DNA from: Cyanophora paradoxa CCMP329
Lineage: Eukaryota; Plantae; Glaucophyta
DNA: 64,000 nt
Direction of reading: 5' to 3'
Assembly (NCBI GenBank): GCA_004431415.1
Contig: QPMI01000408.1
Location: 992,001-1,056,000 of the forward strand
Shown: piece by piece, positions 22,963 to 37,900 of the stretch
Position numbering within the stretch: the first letter of the stretch is position 1
How the letters are laid out: each line of letters starts with the position of its first letter
Notes under the pieces: model-generated
What the model was told of the DNA's origin: nothing
Database searches by the model: none
Seen by the model: the letters and a program-made list of their open reading frames with translations, nothing else
Made by a program: the position numbers and the translations under genes

Positions 22963-25900
22963 TCCGGGCGAGCGAGAGACGGGCACGCGCACGGCGCCGG
23001 CGCCGGCCACAGCAGCAGCCTGCGCTCGTCCGGCGGGCTTGGGTCCCACGCCGGCTCAGGCCGCCCCGCGGGCCACCACGACCGCCCGCACCTCCGGCGC
23101 CACCCCCTCGCCGAGTCCTACCCGCAGGTCCGCCCCGCTGTGCCCTACACTACGATAGCCGACTGCAGCTATAATTATATAGCCCACCTCATCTAATCTA
23201 ATATTGATGAGTAACGCAGCTGAACTGGATGCCGGCGGAGTCGCTGCGGAAGCGGAGGGCGTACTCGCAGCACGTCTCGCGCCGCCTCCGCTCCGGCCAC
23301 ACCGTCGAGCTCCACTACGACCACGCGGTCCGCCCCGCTTTACTTTGCCTCTCTCGTCTTCTGGCGCTGGCGCTGCAGCTGACCGCGAGCCCCGCCTCCG
23401 CCTCCGTCTCCGCCTCCGCCCCCGCCTCCGCCTCGCCCGTGGACAGGTCCGCCCGAGGCCGCCGCGGCCGCGCGCCTTCGAAACCGAAATTTGACGCTCG
23501 CCCCGCCCCCGCCCCCGCCCCCGCCCCCGCCGCCGCCTCGCCCACGCCTCAGGTCCCGCGGGAGAACGTCCACAACCTGGACCACGACGCGGCCGTCGAG
23601 TCCGTGCTCTGCATGGACGGCGCCCTGCACGTCGCCGTCGCCGAGCGCAAGGCCGCCGAGCGCCTCGCCCGCATGCCCCGCGGCACGTTCCTGGTCCGCA
23701 TCCGCGGCCGTTCTTCGTTCTTCTCGTCCCGGTCCGTCCGGGCCGACGTCGGGCCTGACGCGGCGCCGGCGCTCCGCCCTCTCAGGTCGGGAGCGACGCC
23801 TGGCGGTGCACGGACGGGTCGGGGGAGTCGGGCCCGATCTACCGCCAGCTGCTCGAGGCGATCACGACGCGGGGCGGCGTCACCCTCTTCACGCGCCCCG
23901 CCGCCGCGCTCGACCTGTGGGAGCACCTCGACTTGCGCTACAACGTCGTGCGTGTTCTTGCTTGCCACCCGCCCCCTTTCCCTCCCCCGTCTCCTCCTCC
24001 TTTCCCCCCCCTTGCCCCTTCCTGCCCCCCCCCCTCCCCTCCCCCCGCCCCCTCCCCTCTCTCCCCCCCCCATCCCTCCCCTTTCCGGCCCTCCTGCTCC
24101 CCCCCCTCCCCCCCCCCCCCCCCCCGGCCCCACCCTTTCGGAGCCCGCGAGAGTGCTCTGCATCGCTGATCGCGTACCCGGTCGGCCCGCCCCCAGACTT
24201 ACCCCGTCTTCCACGACCCGGACTCGTGCGCACGCTGAACCCCGCACCCCCTCACTTCGGCACCCCCTGACGTCCGACGGCGCAGCTTCCTGGGGAAGCT
24301 GCACCGGAAGGAGAAGTCGCCGGGCCGCTCCCTCTCGAAGGAGCGGCCCCTTCTGCACTCCGAGAAGAAGGCGGAGGTCATAAGGGTCCGCCCGCTTAAT
24401 ACAAGCTTAATCGTTAACATCGTTAACTATGTGTCTTGATTGCAGGAGCTGTCGGAGTCGCTGCGGCCGTACCTGGCCGGCAATGGGACCTTCTCCGAGC
24501 GCGAGCGGGCCGAGCTGAGGGGCATCCTTGGCGGCCTCCGGCAGAAGCACGGGCGCCAGGTGCGCGGGGCCCGGGCCCATGGCCAGGTCCAGGCGGCCGT
24601 TCGAGTCTCTAGTCGAAATTTATAATATCAAAGTTCATAATATTCTGGGGCGCGAGGCCTCTGCCGAGCTCTTACGCTCTGGGGCCGCTCTGAGCATGCG
24701 TGCGCGCGCGCGCAGCTGCGGTGGGGCTGGGACGACATTGAGGACGCGTTCGACGACCTCGCGGACTGGATCGACGACCTCGGCGGCAAATACGAGTGCG
24801 CCGCCACGCGCACGATACATGTCTAGAGCGAATAGATAGATGCAACAACAACGGAATATTTAATCCGAAGACAACGCGTTAAGATTTAATTTCAGAGTAC
24901 CGGAATCCGTCGGCGGCGCTGACGCGCGCCGACGCCGCCGCGCAGCGTGACCGTGGAGGCGAAGGTCTCGTACAACATCTTCACGGGACAGGTGGGCGTG
25001 GACATCCCCGGCATAACCGACGTCATCTCGCGCCTCCGGAACCGCCTCGCGTCCAAGTCGTGGAACAACAACGGGTTTAACTACGGTCCGCCGTGCCCGT
25101 CTCCGAATTCGAATTCGAATTCGAAGACCCGCTCCTGGATACATACACGTGCACTCCGCGTCGCGATCATCCTGACGCTGGCGGCGTGTGCGGCGCGCGC
25201 AGACCCGGAGACTCGAAGCGCGCTTAAGCCAATCGACATCCTCGGTTCGTGCACGCTGTCTCCTATTTCGCTCGACACGCCCTAGGCCCTAGGCCACGCC
25301 TCGCCACGCCACGCCACGCTTCGCTCGGCGCCGACCGCCGACTCCAGGCGGCGAGACGGAGGTTGTCCACTTCTTCTGCCACAACTGCTTGTGCGCGCCC
25401 CGCGCCCCGCCGCTCCGCCCTGCTCCGCTCCTCTCCGCTCCTCGTCCGCTCTTGTCTCACCGCCCGGCCCCCAGCGTGGTGATGAACCCCGGGCAAATCG
25501 AGATATCGGTCAAGGCAACCGTCACCGTCGACCTCACAGACTTCACGAACCTGGTCGGTCCTCCGCGGCGCTGCGTTGCATGCATGTGTTGACGGCGTCG
25601 GCGTCCGCCCCGCCCCGCAGCTCGGCGTCTCGCTCTCGGAGTTCAAGATGGTTTTCAAGGCCGAGGCGAGCTCGAGCGAGTGCCGCTCGCTCTTGCAATC
25701 CCCTGCGCGTCGCTCACTCGGCTCTTCTTCGCAGTCCGGGGCCGGCGCCGGCGTGACGGTCCGCCTGGCGCCGCAGGAGGAGGTCGACATGCTCGTCCAG
25801 ATGCAGGCGGGCTCCCTCCGCACGCGCCCGCGCGCGCCCTCGAAGCCGTCGCCCGCTCACGCCGGCGCCGCGCAGGACGACCTGCTCACCAACCTGGAGC

Positions 25901-28900
25901 TCGAGTCGCTCGCGAACAACTACATCGAGGCGCTCGAGCAGAACGCCACCGCCGTCGAGGACCAGGAGTGCGCATGCGCAATCTGTCGGAAATTGCAGGA
26001 AATTCGAGTCCGCTGACGGCGGCGGCGGCGCAGGGCGGAGCTGGAGAAGCACCGCGCCGCGAACAGCGGGGCGGACCGGCCAATCGCGGCGCCCGTCAAC
26101 GCGCCGGCCGTCACGCGCGCGGGCTCGCGCAACGGGAAGCCGGTGCAGCGCACGCGGCGCGTGCAGCGGACCAGAAACCGAGCCGCCACGCGCACCCCCA
26201 AGCCCGTGAAGGGCCAGGTCGCCGGAGGTGCTTTTCCGAATTGACTTCCGAATTCTTGATTGATTAGCGCGCCCCGTCTTCCTTCCCGCCTCACGCTCGA
26301 TCCCGAACGACCCGAAGGCCTCGCGCCCAAGAAGCAGAAAGAGTCGGCGGTGGCCTGCGACCCGAAGTGCGCTCTCCGTCGCGCGCCGCGAGCCGCCGGC
26401 GCCGCCGGCTCACCCGCGCCCCCGGCCGCGGCCCGCAGCGAGATCGAGTGCTCCGTAAAAGTGCTCGACAAGTGGATCATGCTCGGCCCCGTCCCCGTCC
26501 GCATCACCGGGTGCGCTTTTATTATTCGATCATGATTCCTTCTGTATTCGATTCTCATTTATTCATTAAGCTTCTGTGATTGATTTCTTCTTAACGGCGA
26601 TTCTAACGGACTCCGTTGGATCCGTGGCCAGGTACCTCTTCATCGACCTCGACACGACGTTCACCGCGGGTGACCCGTACATCATGACGTGCGCCGGCTC
26701 CCAACTTCAACCAAATGAGCCCCAAACTAGATTAGATTATCCGGCGCTAAACAAGCTCCTGCAAATACTGAGCCGGGGCGAATACTCCCAACCTTGACCA
26801 AATGAGATACAAATTAAATTAGATTAGCCGGCGTTAATCTAACGCCCCCGGGCAGGTTCGACCCCGTCGTCTTCGCGGGGCTCGAGGTCGGCTTCAAGTA
26901 CACTTCGGAGGACGGCTGGAACCCCGTCACGTGCGCCCCTCTAATCTTCTAAATCAATCTTCGTGCGCTTTCGAGTTTGAAGTGGCGCTGGCTGACGCCC
27001 TCCCTTCCTCCCTCCCTCCCTCCCTCCCTCCCTCCCTCCCAGGGACTTCTACTATGAGGTGCTTAAGCTTGTGCCTGCGCCTGCCCAGCCGCGGGCTTCG
27101 TCCGTGCCCTGCCTCCGCCTGCGTCTGTCTGAGCTCGAGCGGCGCAGGCGCACTTCCCGAATCCCCAGTTCACCGTTCCCCGCCAGCGCGGCGAAATCTT
27201 GCTCTTGTGCGAACGCAGACATCGATCCCCGTCCATTTCGATCCGCTGATCCGCGACCGCGCCCGTTGGCGGCGGCGCCGCGCAGCCTCAAGACGGGGGC
27301 GAAGCTGAAGCTCTTCGACCTCGTCGGCCCCCGCTTCATCATCGGCCCGAAAGTGAACCTGACGATCGACCTGCCCACGCCGTGCGCGCCCACGAAAGCT
27401 CGAGCTCGCCACGTAGCCCGCGCTGACGGGCGCGCGACCGAGAGCAGGCGCTGCAAGGACCCGACCCGGATCCCCGCAGACGAGCTGGACTACTCGTGCG
27501 CGAATCGCGCGCGATGTTGATTCGTGGACTCGCCTTGTTCTACACTTCTAACCGCCCTGCTTCGCTTCCAGGCACCACTTCGCGGAAATCTCCATCGACA
27601 TCGGTGCGGCACGCCCGCGCAATTCCCTCTGCCGCTCGGGGGCTGACCGGCACGCGCCCGACGGCGCAGGCCTGACGCCGGCGATCGGAGTGGAGGCAGA
27701 GCTCGCCTTCGAAACGCCATCCATCGACCTGGAGCTTCTGACGATCCCGGAGCTCAAATTCTCCGTCGCCAATGTCCGCACTCTCTGCTCACGCTCATCG
27801 CGACGGCCCTCTCCTGGCCCCTCACGCGTTTTGCTAATTTTAGATCAAGTACGACTTCGAGTTGTACACGTTCTACTTCGGGAGCCGTCCGCTGTGGAAC
27901 TGGTGCGAGCCGAGCCGGGCCGCGTATGCCGAATCGGGCCACGCGCGCTCTGAACGGCGCGCGCGCTCGCGCCCGCGCAGGTGCGTGCGGGTGGAACCGG
28001 ACGAGGCCCCCGCGCCCACCGTCGGCATCACTGGCGTCGAGCTCAGCACGGGCCGAATCCTCATGGCGAGTCGACTCCCTTCGCCAGGATTTCACGTGGA
28101 CGCATTCCGTGTTCTTCCTCTCACTCATACCGCACGCGCGCTTTTGCATTCGACAGGGCCGGCCTGCGGTCCTTGAGGCGATGCAGAGTGCGCGATCCAT
28201 GGCCATCCATGCTCAGCCCTCGCTGTGTATGTTTGAATTGATTTCGCTCATGCCACGGCAGCCGCTGGCGACAAGCTGCTCTATCACAAGTGGGAGACGA
28301 ACGCCGACGTCAACATCGAGGAGCTGTGTGGCGGGCGGATGTCTTGCCAGCTCCGTGCGTCGCGTCGATCCGTCTCCTTCTCCAGTGCCTGTACTCACGT
28401 CAGCCTTTTTCGCAAACCAGGCTTCCCCACGGCGGGTCAGTGCACGTGCCTGCCACCGAACCGGCCCGCTAATGCATGGCATTACCCTCAAACACGCCCG
28501 TGCAGGAACGTTCTGGATCAAGATCACGATGTTCGGCCGGAACGAGATCTCGGCGAGCGCGCAGACCACGTTCAACGTCGAGAACGACAAGTACTGGCTC
28601 GCCATCCTCGGCCGTGCGCGCCCCCTTCATTAATATTCGTCCCCTCTGCTGCTCTCGCGCGAGATGAAACTGACTTCGACGTACTCCGCGGCCACTCGGC
28701 CCCGCAGAGGTGGACCGGATGCTGGTGATGAACGCCCTGACGCTGCAGCCGTCGTCCAACGCCACCTTCGACGTCCGCTTCTTCGGTGTCTCCGTCGTCC
28801 AGTGCGCTCTTTCTTAATGAACATAGGAAGAATTAATATCTAAAAGTACGATGAGCTGACTAAGATATCTGCTTTGCCCGCAGCGAGTCCGTGCTTCCGG

Positions 28901-31900
28901 TGCTCTTCATGCCGTCCATCGGCGCCGACTATACAGGTCTGATCCGGCGGCGCCGACCCGCCCCTGCTTTTGCTTGACGTGAACCTGACTCCGGCGCTTG
29001 CACATATACAGGCATCCCCCAGCCGCTGTGGTGAGGGCTGATATCGAGCGCGAGCCCCGCAGCCGCACTGCGGCAGCCGCAGCCGCAGTGCCTCCAGATC
29101 TGCGATCGCGGCAATTCTTAGCCCCCCGCGCCCCCGCGCGCAGGTGGTGGGTCCTCTCCGAGAAGAGCAACGACACGCGCTACATCGAGCGCAACATGGC
29201 GCTCCCGTTCGAGCGGTGCCCGCCCTTTGCGACGTCGACGCCGACGCGCCTCCATCCACTCTGACCGCCCGCGATCGCGCGGCAGGTTCGGCATTCGGAG
29301 CGCGTACCTGTACGCGTACTTCGAGAGCGGTGACTTCAACGAGACCTACGCCGCGCCCGTCTACCGCTTTGAGATCGCATGTGCGTATGCGCTGTGCCGC
29401 CCGCGCCGTTCGCGCCTTCACTCTGGTTTGCTCTGCTTGACTGAGAGCCGCGCAGCGACGGCGCCGGCGCCGCCCAGGGCCATCCTCAGGAGCCCGGCGT
29501 ACTGGGGGGAGTTCGCGACAATCGACGCCTACGTGGCGCCGTCGGCGGGAGCGGCCGTGCCGACGGAGTTCCAGTGGCGCTTCAACTCGGCGCCGGTCTC
29601 TGCCACAGGCGGCGCGACGTTCATGCGCCGCTTCTGCGCCGTGGGGCAGCACAGCGTCCAGATCGCGGCCGCCAACTTCGTCGGGACGTCCGAGGCGACG
29701 AGCACGATCGTGGTGCAGAGCAAGCCGCCGCCCAACGTCGACATCGTCTACTCGGCGACGCCGGCGCTGCTGAAGAAGCGCAACCCCGCCTGCCCCGAGG
29801 GAACGCTCTGCGCCGTCCAGTGGGTGCGCAAGCGCGGAGCCCGCGAGCTGCGCGAAATTCGACTCTGACGGGGCGATTTTCGCGGTGCGAAGGTGCCGTT
29901 CCTGCAGTACTCGTACACGGTCAACTTCGGCGTCGAGAGCCTCGTGGGCGTCGCGCCCGTCTCGTGGGACATCAGCTTCGGGGACGGCGAGACGCTCTCG
30001 GTCTCCAGGGCCGAGCGCTACCAGGCGGAGTTCAACGAGGAGGACTACTGCGGCCCGCAGTTCGAGTCGCACTCGGGGACGCACGACTACGACGCGTACG
30101 GCGCGCGCACATTCGCGGCGAAGGCCACCAACGTCGCTGGCGACAACACGGGCGTCCGCCCGTGGAGCGTCGCCGCCCCGCCGCACGGCCTCAAGATCTT
30201 CGCGATCGGCAGCCTCACGCTTTGGGGCACCGAGGTCCCCGCCGGTCGCAGCTACGACGCCACTCTGTTCAGAGTGGACACGAGCCCCAGATACGACGGC
30301 ATAACCCCGCCCATCGTCAAAGGGACGTGGGCAAACAGTGCGCCTCTAGATCTCTTTCTTCGATCTCTAATAGGAACTTTTTTTTTCGCTTCCGATCTCT
30401 CTACATGCGTCGCGATTCCTGATACTCCTGGCCAGACGTCGCGACCGGTGGAGGGACCACGACGCCAGTCTGCAACAGGGGCGAATGGGGGATCCAGTGC
30501 TTCCAAGAACTGACGCCAACGTGGACTGCGTACTACAAGTTCACGGTGACCCTCGAGACGCAGAAGGTCGGCGACACGTCCTTCACGGTATCCCACGATC
30601 GGTACCTGATGGGCGTGCCGGACTGGTGGTGGCCCGACGTTCTGATCGACACCGGGCTGTACTCTAACCGGCCGCTCGCCTACACGAACCTCTTCCGGAC
30701 CTCGACGACCTTCGGGTCTCCCGGGAACGCCCCGGCCTTCGTGCAGGGCCGCTGCATCGCCGCCGCGGGCTGCACGGCCGGCCTCCTCGAGACGACCGAG
30801 CGGCTGCGGCTCACGCGGGCGGGCGTCGCGGGGGCCCAGTACGGCGGCATCTTCTTCCCCCCGGTGACTTGGGAGGCGGTCATCGCCAACCAGTTCCGGT
30901 TCGACGCCGAGGTGCGCGCGCGCAGTCCGGCAGAATTCGAATTTGGACTTTGCCGCGACACGGTTTTCAAATATGCATTTGCAGGTTTCGATGGGCTCCG
31001 ACACGCCCGGGGGCGGCGGCGTCATCCTCGGCTACGGGCTCCGCACCACGTCGAGATCCGCGGACCGCGCCCTCTTCGTGCAGGGCATCGGCTACCTGCC
31101 CACCGCTGGCGTCAGCGTCGTCGTCCTGTCCGTGCAGCGCAAAGTCGAGCTGTACTGGCCTGGGCGGACCCTCCTCCACTCGGTCGACATCCCGGATCCG
31201 AATGGGCACGCGAGGCTGCGAGGGGACCCGGACCCCGTACCCACGCGGGTGCGCCTGAGGGTCTTCGCCGTCGACGGCACGGCCGACCGCTGCGCGTCCG
31301 TGTACGTCGAGGACATCACTGCTGTGGACTGCAAGGTCCTCCCGAACTGGGCACCCAAGCGCGACTGGGTCTTCGCCGTCTCCGGGTTCACCGGCTACGC
31401 CGACGGTGCGTGCGGGCATTTGCGGACGCAGTTCGAACTGTTTGGTTTTTAATTTTACGCGCAATAACGGATCCGGACCGGACGCAGGCAACCACGTCGA
31501 CGAGATTTCGCTCCACTACGTCTTCGTCCGGGCGATCCGGGGGACCGACTCGTCCACGTTCTCGGACGCGGTTGCGCTCGTGCCGGCGACCGCCCACACG
31601 GCAACCCCCTTCATCGACGACTTCCAGTACAGCGTGGACGCCCGCACCGAGTTCCCGTCCGCGCTGCTCACCAACTCGACCCTCCACGGGGTCATGAGCG
31701 AGAGCTTCCCCTTCTGGGACACGAGCAGCGCTCTGTCCGGGCTCGGAATGCCGGGAGACAATGGCCTCTCGTTTATAAATTACATTCCCGACTCGTTTGG
31801 CGCCTGGAGCTTCTACCTCGGTGCGCGTCTAATTTCTTTCCATTCTTTATTATAGATATCGTTATCCACTATGTATCCCCCTCGCGTCCATGCGCCGCCT

Positions 31901-34900
31901 CTCGCACGAACCGAACGAATATCAATTCCACGACGGCAGACTGGGCGCGGTTCTTCCGCGTGCAATTCCTTTGGTGGGTAAACTGGGGCGGCTGCGGAGC
32001 CACCTTCGCTTTCGGAGATAACCGTGCGGTTTTGAGCTGTTTTCGTGGTATTTCGATCCGTTGCTGACCCGAACGACGCCGACAGTCGGCTCGAGTGCCG
32101 GCTACGGCATCAAGGAGCCAGCGGCGACCTACGGGCGCGTCCCTGGGCGATCCGGCCTCACGATTCAGGTGAGCATGCGCGGGTGCACGCGCATCGATGC
32201 GCACTTCTCACCGCCGTCCCATCAGCTTCGAACCTGCGGCAACGATCCTGCTGTGAACGTGTGGTGCGTGATGTGATGGCTGCTGCTTGTTTGCTGCCTC
32301 TGTTGCTGCTGCTGTGCGGACCGCACGGACCATTGACACAGCTAACTTCGAGCTCTTTACCTCGCAGGTACCCTCCGAGCGCTCCGGCCCCTTACTTCCG
32401 CGCCCCTCGCCTTCGCGACGCGAATTTCCGTGATGTGCGCCCGCTTCGGAATTGAACGGCTCGACCAATGCTCGTATCGCTAACGTCGGCATGCATGAAC
32501 AAGGTGATCGTCGACGTTCGCCCCGCGGGCAACGAGCGGGACGCGCTGCTATCGGTCTTCTGGGTGGACCAGTGGGTCGTGAAGGACCTCGTCCTCCTCG
32601 CCGTGCGCCGGATTCGAGTCCAGCAACGTTGGCCGCGGACGGCGCGGCCCGCGCCGGCGCTCAACGATTTTTCGCGCAGTGGTTCCCCAAGAAGGACTTC
32701 CAGTACAGCTTCCTGGCCGAGAACCTGCCGGAGCACGGCGGCGTCCAGGCGCTCATGTACCTCCGCATCGACCGGACGCTTTCAGGTGCGATCGGCTGCA
32801 AAGAGAGAGGTTTTATAGAGTGCAGCTAAGGGTCGCTTAACCATTATACATATTCATGCTGTCCTTTGAGTTCTGAGACGAAAAGATAGATCCAAGTTCA
32901 AGTGGAATTGATCATGGTCCACTGACGCCGAGAGCGCAGGCCCGTACGTCAACGTGTTCGAGCTGCCGTCCCCCGAGTACTACGAGTACGACACAATGAA
33001 GATCACATGGACGGTGCGTAGGGAGACCTGCGATGATGTCTGCGGCCAGAACAATAAAACGTCTGTCAACAATCTAACATGCATATGCCTGTATCCAGAC
33101 TTCTATATAGTTCACACGTAGTTAACGTTCGCGATGCCTGCCGCCAAAGCAGCTTTCACGGATATAAGGACACGAAATTCTATCGAAAATGCAGCATACC
33201 TGCTTCCTGCGAATCACAGCTGAAGCGCCGCGCAGAGCTCGTCTCCGGGCAACGTCGACATCGACCTGCTCCACCTGAGCGGCGACGTCCTCATGAACAT
33301 CGCGCGGTCGGTCCCTGTCGACGTGGCGTTCCAGGAGCTCGAGCGCTCGTGGCAGATCCCAGGCGCGCCCTCCCGCCGCTGCTGTGGCGCTGCCGGGCTG
33401 CAGCTGATCTCTGCTGCTTCGCGGGCGCAGCCGGCGTTGTCGGGAACTTTTACGTCCGCGTCAGCCGCACCGGCGAGCCTGCGGTGAAGGACGTGACGGG
33501 CACCCGCATCAACGCCCTTCCACGGAATGAGTTCGAGCTTTTCGACATCGACGTTAGGCTTCCTGAATGTGAACACGGCGGCTGATGCTTCCTGGCCAGG
33601 CTCTCGATCAGGCTCGGGGCGCAGCCGGCGGCGCCCCTTTACTCCGACGGCACGTACTGGAACGGGGCGAAGCTCGAGCTCGTTTGGACCTCCCGCACCT
33701 ACGGGATCTTCAGTATGCGCAGGCATGCTCCGGGCCAATACTCGCCAGCTGAACGCGTTGCATCGCAGCCGCGGCAGCGGGGTACAGCAACTATCGCGTC
33801 GACGTGTGGTCTGGCACGACGTTGGTGGCAACTCTGGGCCCCCCCGGATCCCCCAACCAGCTCGCCCTCGACTACTGGCTCGCCACGTCCTCGGGTGAGA
33901 GGGGCTTAATTTGGGATCAACTGTTAGAGGCTTCAGCGACGTGTTACTCACGCGGCCGCTGGGCTGGGGCCTTGCAGGCGGCCGGCTGGTGTGGACCATC
34001 CCGACTGAGTTCGTCAGCTCCGAAGGCACATCGCAAACCTTCGTGGTGAGCCTGTTCCATCCACTGTTAAGAAAGTCTGAGAAATGCACCCGCGTCAACG
34101 TCGCTCGCAGGCGAAGGTTCGGTACTCAGCCGACGCGGACCCTCAGAACACCTTCGCGGACGTCGCCGTCAAAATCGGCCGACGAAGACGTGCCCGATGC
34201 CGCTTCCATTCCCATTTTCAATTTCCGAAACGGGCCCGCATCTCACGAGGGAACCCGCAGTGACATCGCTCTCCGCTTCGTCGTCGGTCGCTGGGACGAC
34301 GTTGAACGAGCCCGGGAGCTCGGTCCCCGTCTCCGTCTCCGGGGCCTTCTGGTCCTCCTTCTCGTACAGGGGGCTCCGCATCGACGTGCTCTCGAGCGCG
34401 ACGCAGCAAGTCATCCGGGAGAACGAGCTCGCGGCCGCCTTGACAGCGGCTCAGATCTCCGCCAGCGCAGTCAGCGGCGTTGGGTTCACGTGGACCGTGC
34501 CCACGAGCCTCACGTCCACGCTCTCCTGCGGCGCCGTCCGCGACTTGAGCCTGCGTGCGTCCTGGACGCCGACGAACGCGCTCGACGTGGACGGCGTCAA
34601 GGCCGCTTCGGTGCCCGTCCGCGTCGGTGTGAGGGACGGTGCGCGCGCGCAGCTGTGGCCACCCCGGCCCGACCGGGCGACGGTACCGGTCCTTCTCGCT
34701 GTCCCTGAGAAGACGCTCCGATCCCGCGCAGTGCCCTCGCTGCTTCTGGACGCACCGTCTCCAGCCGCTATCTATCATGATGATCTCATTCCGATCACGT
34801 GGCGCAACACACGCAGCTGCGGCCGTGCGTTAGCTCTGCTAGACTTCACTCCGCCCTGCATTGTGCTGTGCCCTCGCCGAGGCCGACCGCAGAGACGACG

Positions 34901-37900
34901 ACGTACTCGCTGGTGTTCACGGACCCGTCGAACCCGAGCACAACCTGCTCGATTGTTGTGAACAACGCGGTCCCCTCCGTCAACACGCGCAACCTGCGGT
35001 GGGACGAGGCCGTCGCGTGTGCAGCCATCGACAACATCCCCTCCTGCACACGGGACAAGGTTTTGCAGGTGCGCTTTGATTTCTCGCGCCCAGTCTTCTG
35101 CAGATCAGGTTGTCCTGACACACGCTGCGGTAGATGATGGTCACGACCGTGTACCAAGGCAAGACGTACCCGAGCAATAGCGTGAGCGTGAAGCTGACAA
35201 AGATCAAGCGGAAGACGCCCCCCCCCCTCGTCCTTCGGGGCGCGTCGAACGCCGACTACCAGTCTGTGTCAAACATATTCTTCAGTTATAGCGGGGAGGG
35301 CTTCTACCCGTTCAAGAGGTACTCCGTATCCTGGATTACCAGCCACTGCGAGAGTGCGTGTTGTTCCAAAACGCCAGCGGGTGCTAAATTCATCCGCCCG
35401 TGACGCTCTCGTCCGCAGTGGAGATGGCGTACACGATCTCCATGACAAACGTCGCCAATGCGGCAGAGACGTGCACTGTAAATTTGGCGAGTGCGGATGG
35501 GAGGAAGGGCGGAACATACGAACTTCAACCCAGCAATCTCTGGTCTCAGTGCACTTGGCTCAACCATTTCACTTGGCCGTTTGGTTGGTTCACCCCGCCA
35601 ATCAGGACAGCAACGGTACGTGGATTGTGCATGTGAAATCACAAGCTCTGCATTTGCTCGAAGCTGAATACTCTGCTGAAAACGCAGTTCCGCGTAAACA
35701 TGACCTATTACGGCATTCCTGTTTCCTCGGGAACGATCAACTACTTGATCTTCAAGCCGAGACGTGCGTTGCATTTCAGCGCGAATTCTATCCGAACGCG
35801 CCCTACCCATGGCCAGAGCGCGAGTCCTGATCATGATCCCCGCGCAGCGAGCTCTCTGCAAGTTAAAAGCGCATCCCCAGAAAGCATCAACGTCGGCTCG
35901 ACGGTATCGCTCACGTACACAAGCGACACAGGATCCTTCCGTGCGCGGCCAACTGCAATCTGATGACGCATTTCGCGAATTCGAGCGCGTGCTTTCTCGC
36001 TGACTGCGGGCGGGCGGCAGCGTACACTGCCGTGAAGGTCTTCTTCGTGTACAGATGCTTACAGTGGAACGGTTACATGTCGGAAATAGTCGATTGCCGC
36101 ACGAGCCCGGAGTATCCGCAGCAGATTGGGCCGTCGGCGGGCTTGGTGCAGTCCCTGGCTGGCTGCACGTCTGGCTCTACCTGCAGTATCTCATTCCGGG
36201 TCAGCCTTCGGCGCCCTCGTCCGCTGAGGTTTCTTCGCGAATTTAACTTCCTGCACGCCAGGTCAACGGAGGCTTCCCGAGCATGTCGAGCATACAGGTG
36301 GAGGCGTGGGCGGGACTGGCGTACCAAGTCCGCGTGTGTCTCGGTGCGCGGCGACGCAAGGGAAGCATCGGGCGCCTCTCCCGACGCGTCGCTAATTCGG
36401 ACCTCTCTTTGCAGACTACGTCGACCGGTCGCCGACCGACAACCCATGGGTAGCCAGCACCCCGGCAGAAGTCATGAGTTATGGTGGCTCTGTCAACGTG
36501 CTGGGCAACTGCTGGCCCGTTTCCACGTCCTACAGCGCCCGTCGGCACATCCTGGAGTCGCTCGGGCGCGAGCTCCCGCCCTCCCCGGCTCGCCTCCGGG
36601 GCCTGAAGCAGGCGTCCGGGGACCTCTGGATCGAGGCGTCAACGCAAGAGCCGTTCGTTGGAGAGCCGGTGACGTTCACGGCCCGCTACAACGCGAATGC
36701 GCTCAGCGGCTACTCTTTCTTCTGGGTGCGATCGCGCCTCGTTCTGCATGCAAATTCGACGGTCTGCACTGCACGTTCGCTTATTTCCTGCGCAGGAGCT
36801 CGATATCGGTGGAGCGACCGCGGTGGGGACGACCGCTGTTTTCACGTTCACCTCTCCGGGCGTGGCCTCTGTGATTCTCCAGGCGTCCAAGGCGAACGCG
36901 CAGGACCCGACCGTGCAGGACGAGCTGTACGCGTTCTTGACCGTCGAGAGCCGCAGTGCGTCACTCATGCGCTGAATTCGCCTTCTGTTTTCTGCTCGTT
37001 TGACCGCATTCTGCCTGCAGGCCGCCCCGCAGGCACGACCATTACAGAGAGCAACCTCCTGCCCTCGACCTACACCGGTGCGCCGACGAAGCCGCCGACT
37101 CTCACTGCCTCCAGCCCGGAGGTCCTCGCGACGGTGCGCCTAGAGCTCGAGCCGCCCCTGCAGCTTATCGCGCATGCCCTCCGCGACCGCTGAGACGGGA
37201 GCGTCGCGATCGCCAGGGCAAGGTCTTGGTGGGACTCGCGACGGGGATCACGGTGACCGGCCCAGACGTGGTCGAGGCGTGCAGCGACACGCCCGCCTCG
37301 TTCCGCTTCGCCTCAGTGGCCAATGCGTCCATTGCCTACCCGGTCACGCTTCGCGTCGCGTTCGGCGACGGCTCGCCCGATGAGACGCGGACCGTCACCA
37401 ACGCCGCTGCCTGGCCCGCGGCCGTCGTGCTCAAGTCGTTCGGCAGCACTGGCACCTACAAGGTAGACGTCGCAGCGAGCAACAGCGCCGGTCAGACGGC
37501 CTCCGCTTTCTACGTGACATCCATTGCGGGGCCGCCCCGCGGGCTCAGCGCGAACATCTCGAGCTCCGTCATTCGCACCGGGCAGAACGTGACGGTCACC
37601 GCATCGCGCACGGCTGGATGCGGCCCGGTGCAGTACTGGGTGCGCTCCGCTTCGAGTGTGAAGCATCTATAGCTTCTTCGTAAACACTCACGTTTGTTCT
37701 CTTAGGTCGACTGGGGAGAGCTTGTGGCCCCGGAGACGGTGCGATTCTATATTTTCTGTCGCTTTGCCGCTCTGAGTCTCACACTCTCGTGCACGTAGTT
37801 CTTGCTGACGAGCAGCGGCGTGCACTCCTACCAAGCTTACGGTCAGATGAACCTCACTCTAAAGGCCATCTCGACTGAGGTGCGCGCGGCCCGAAACATC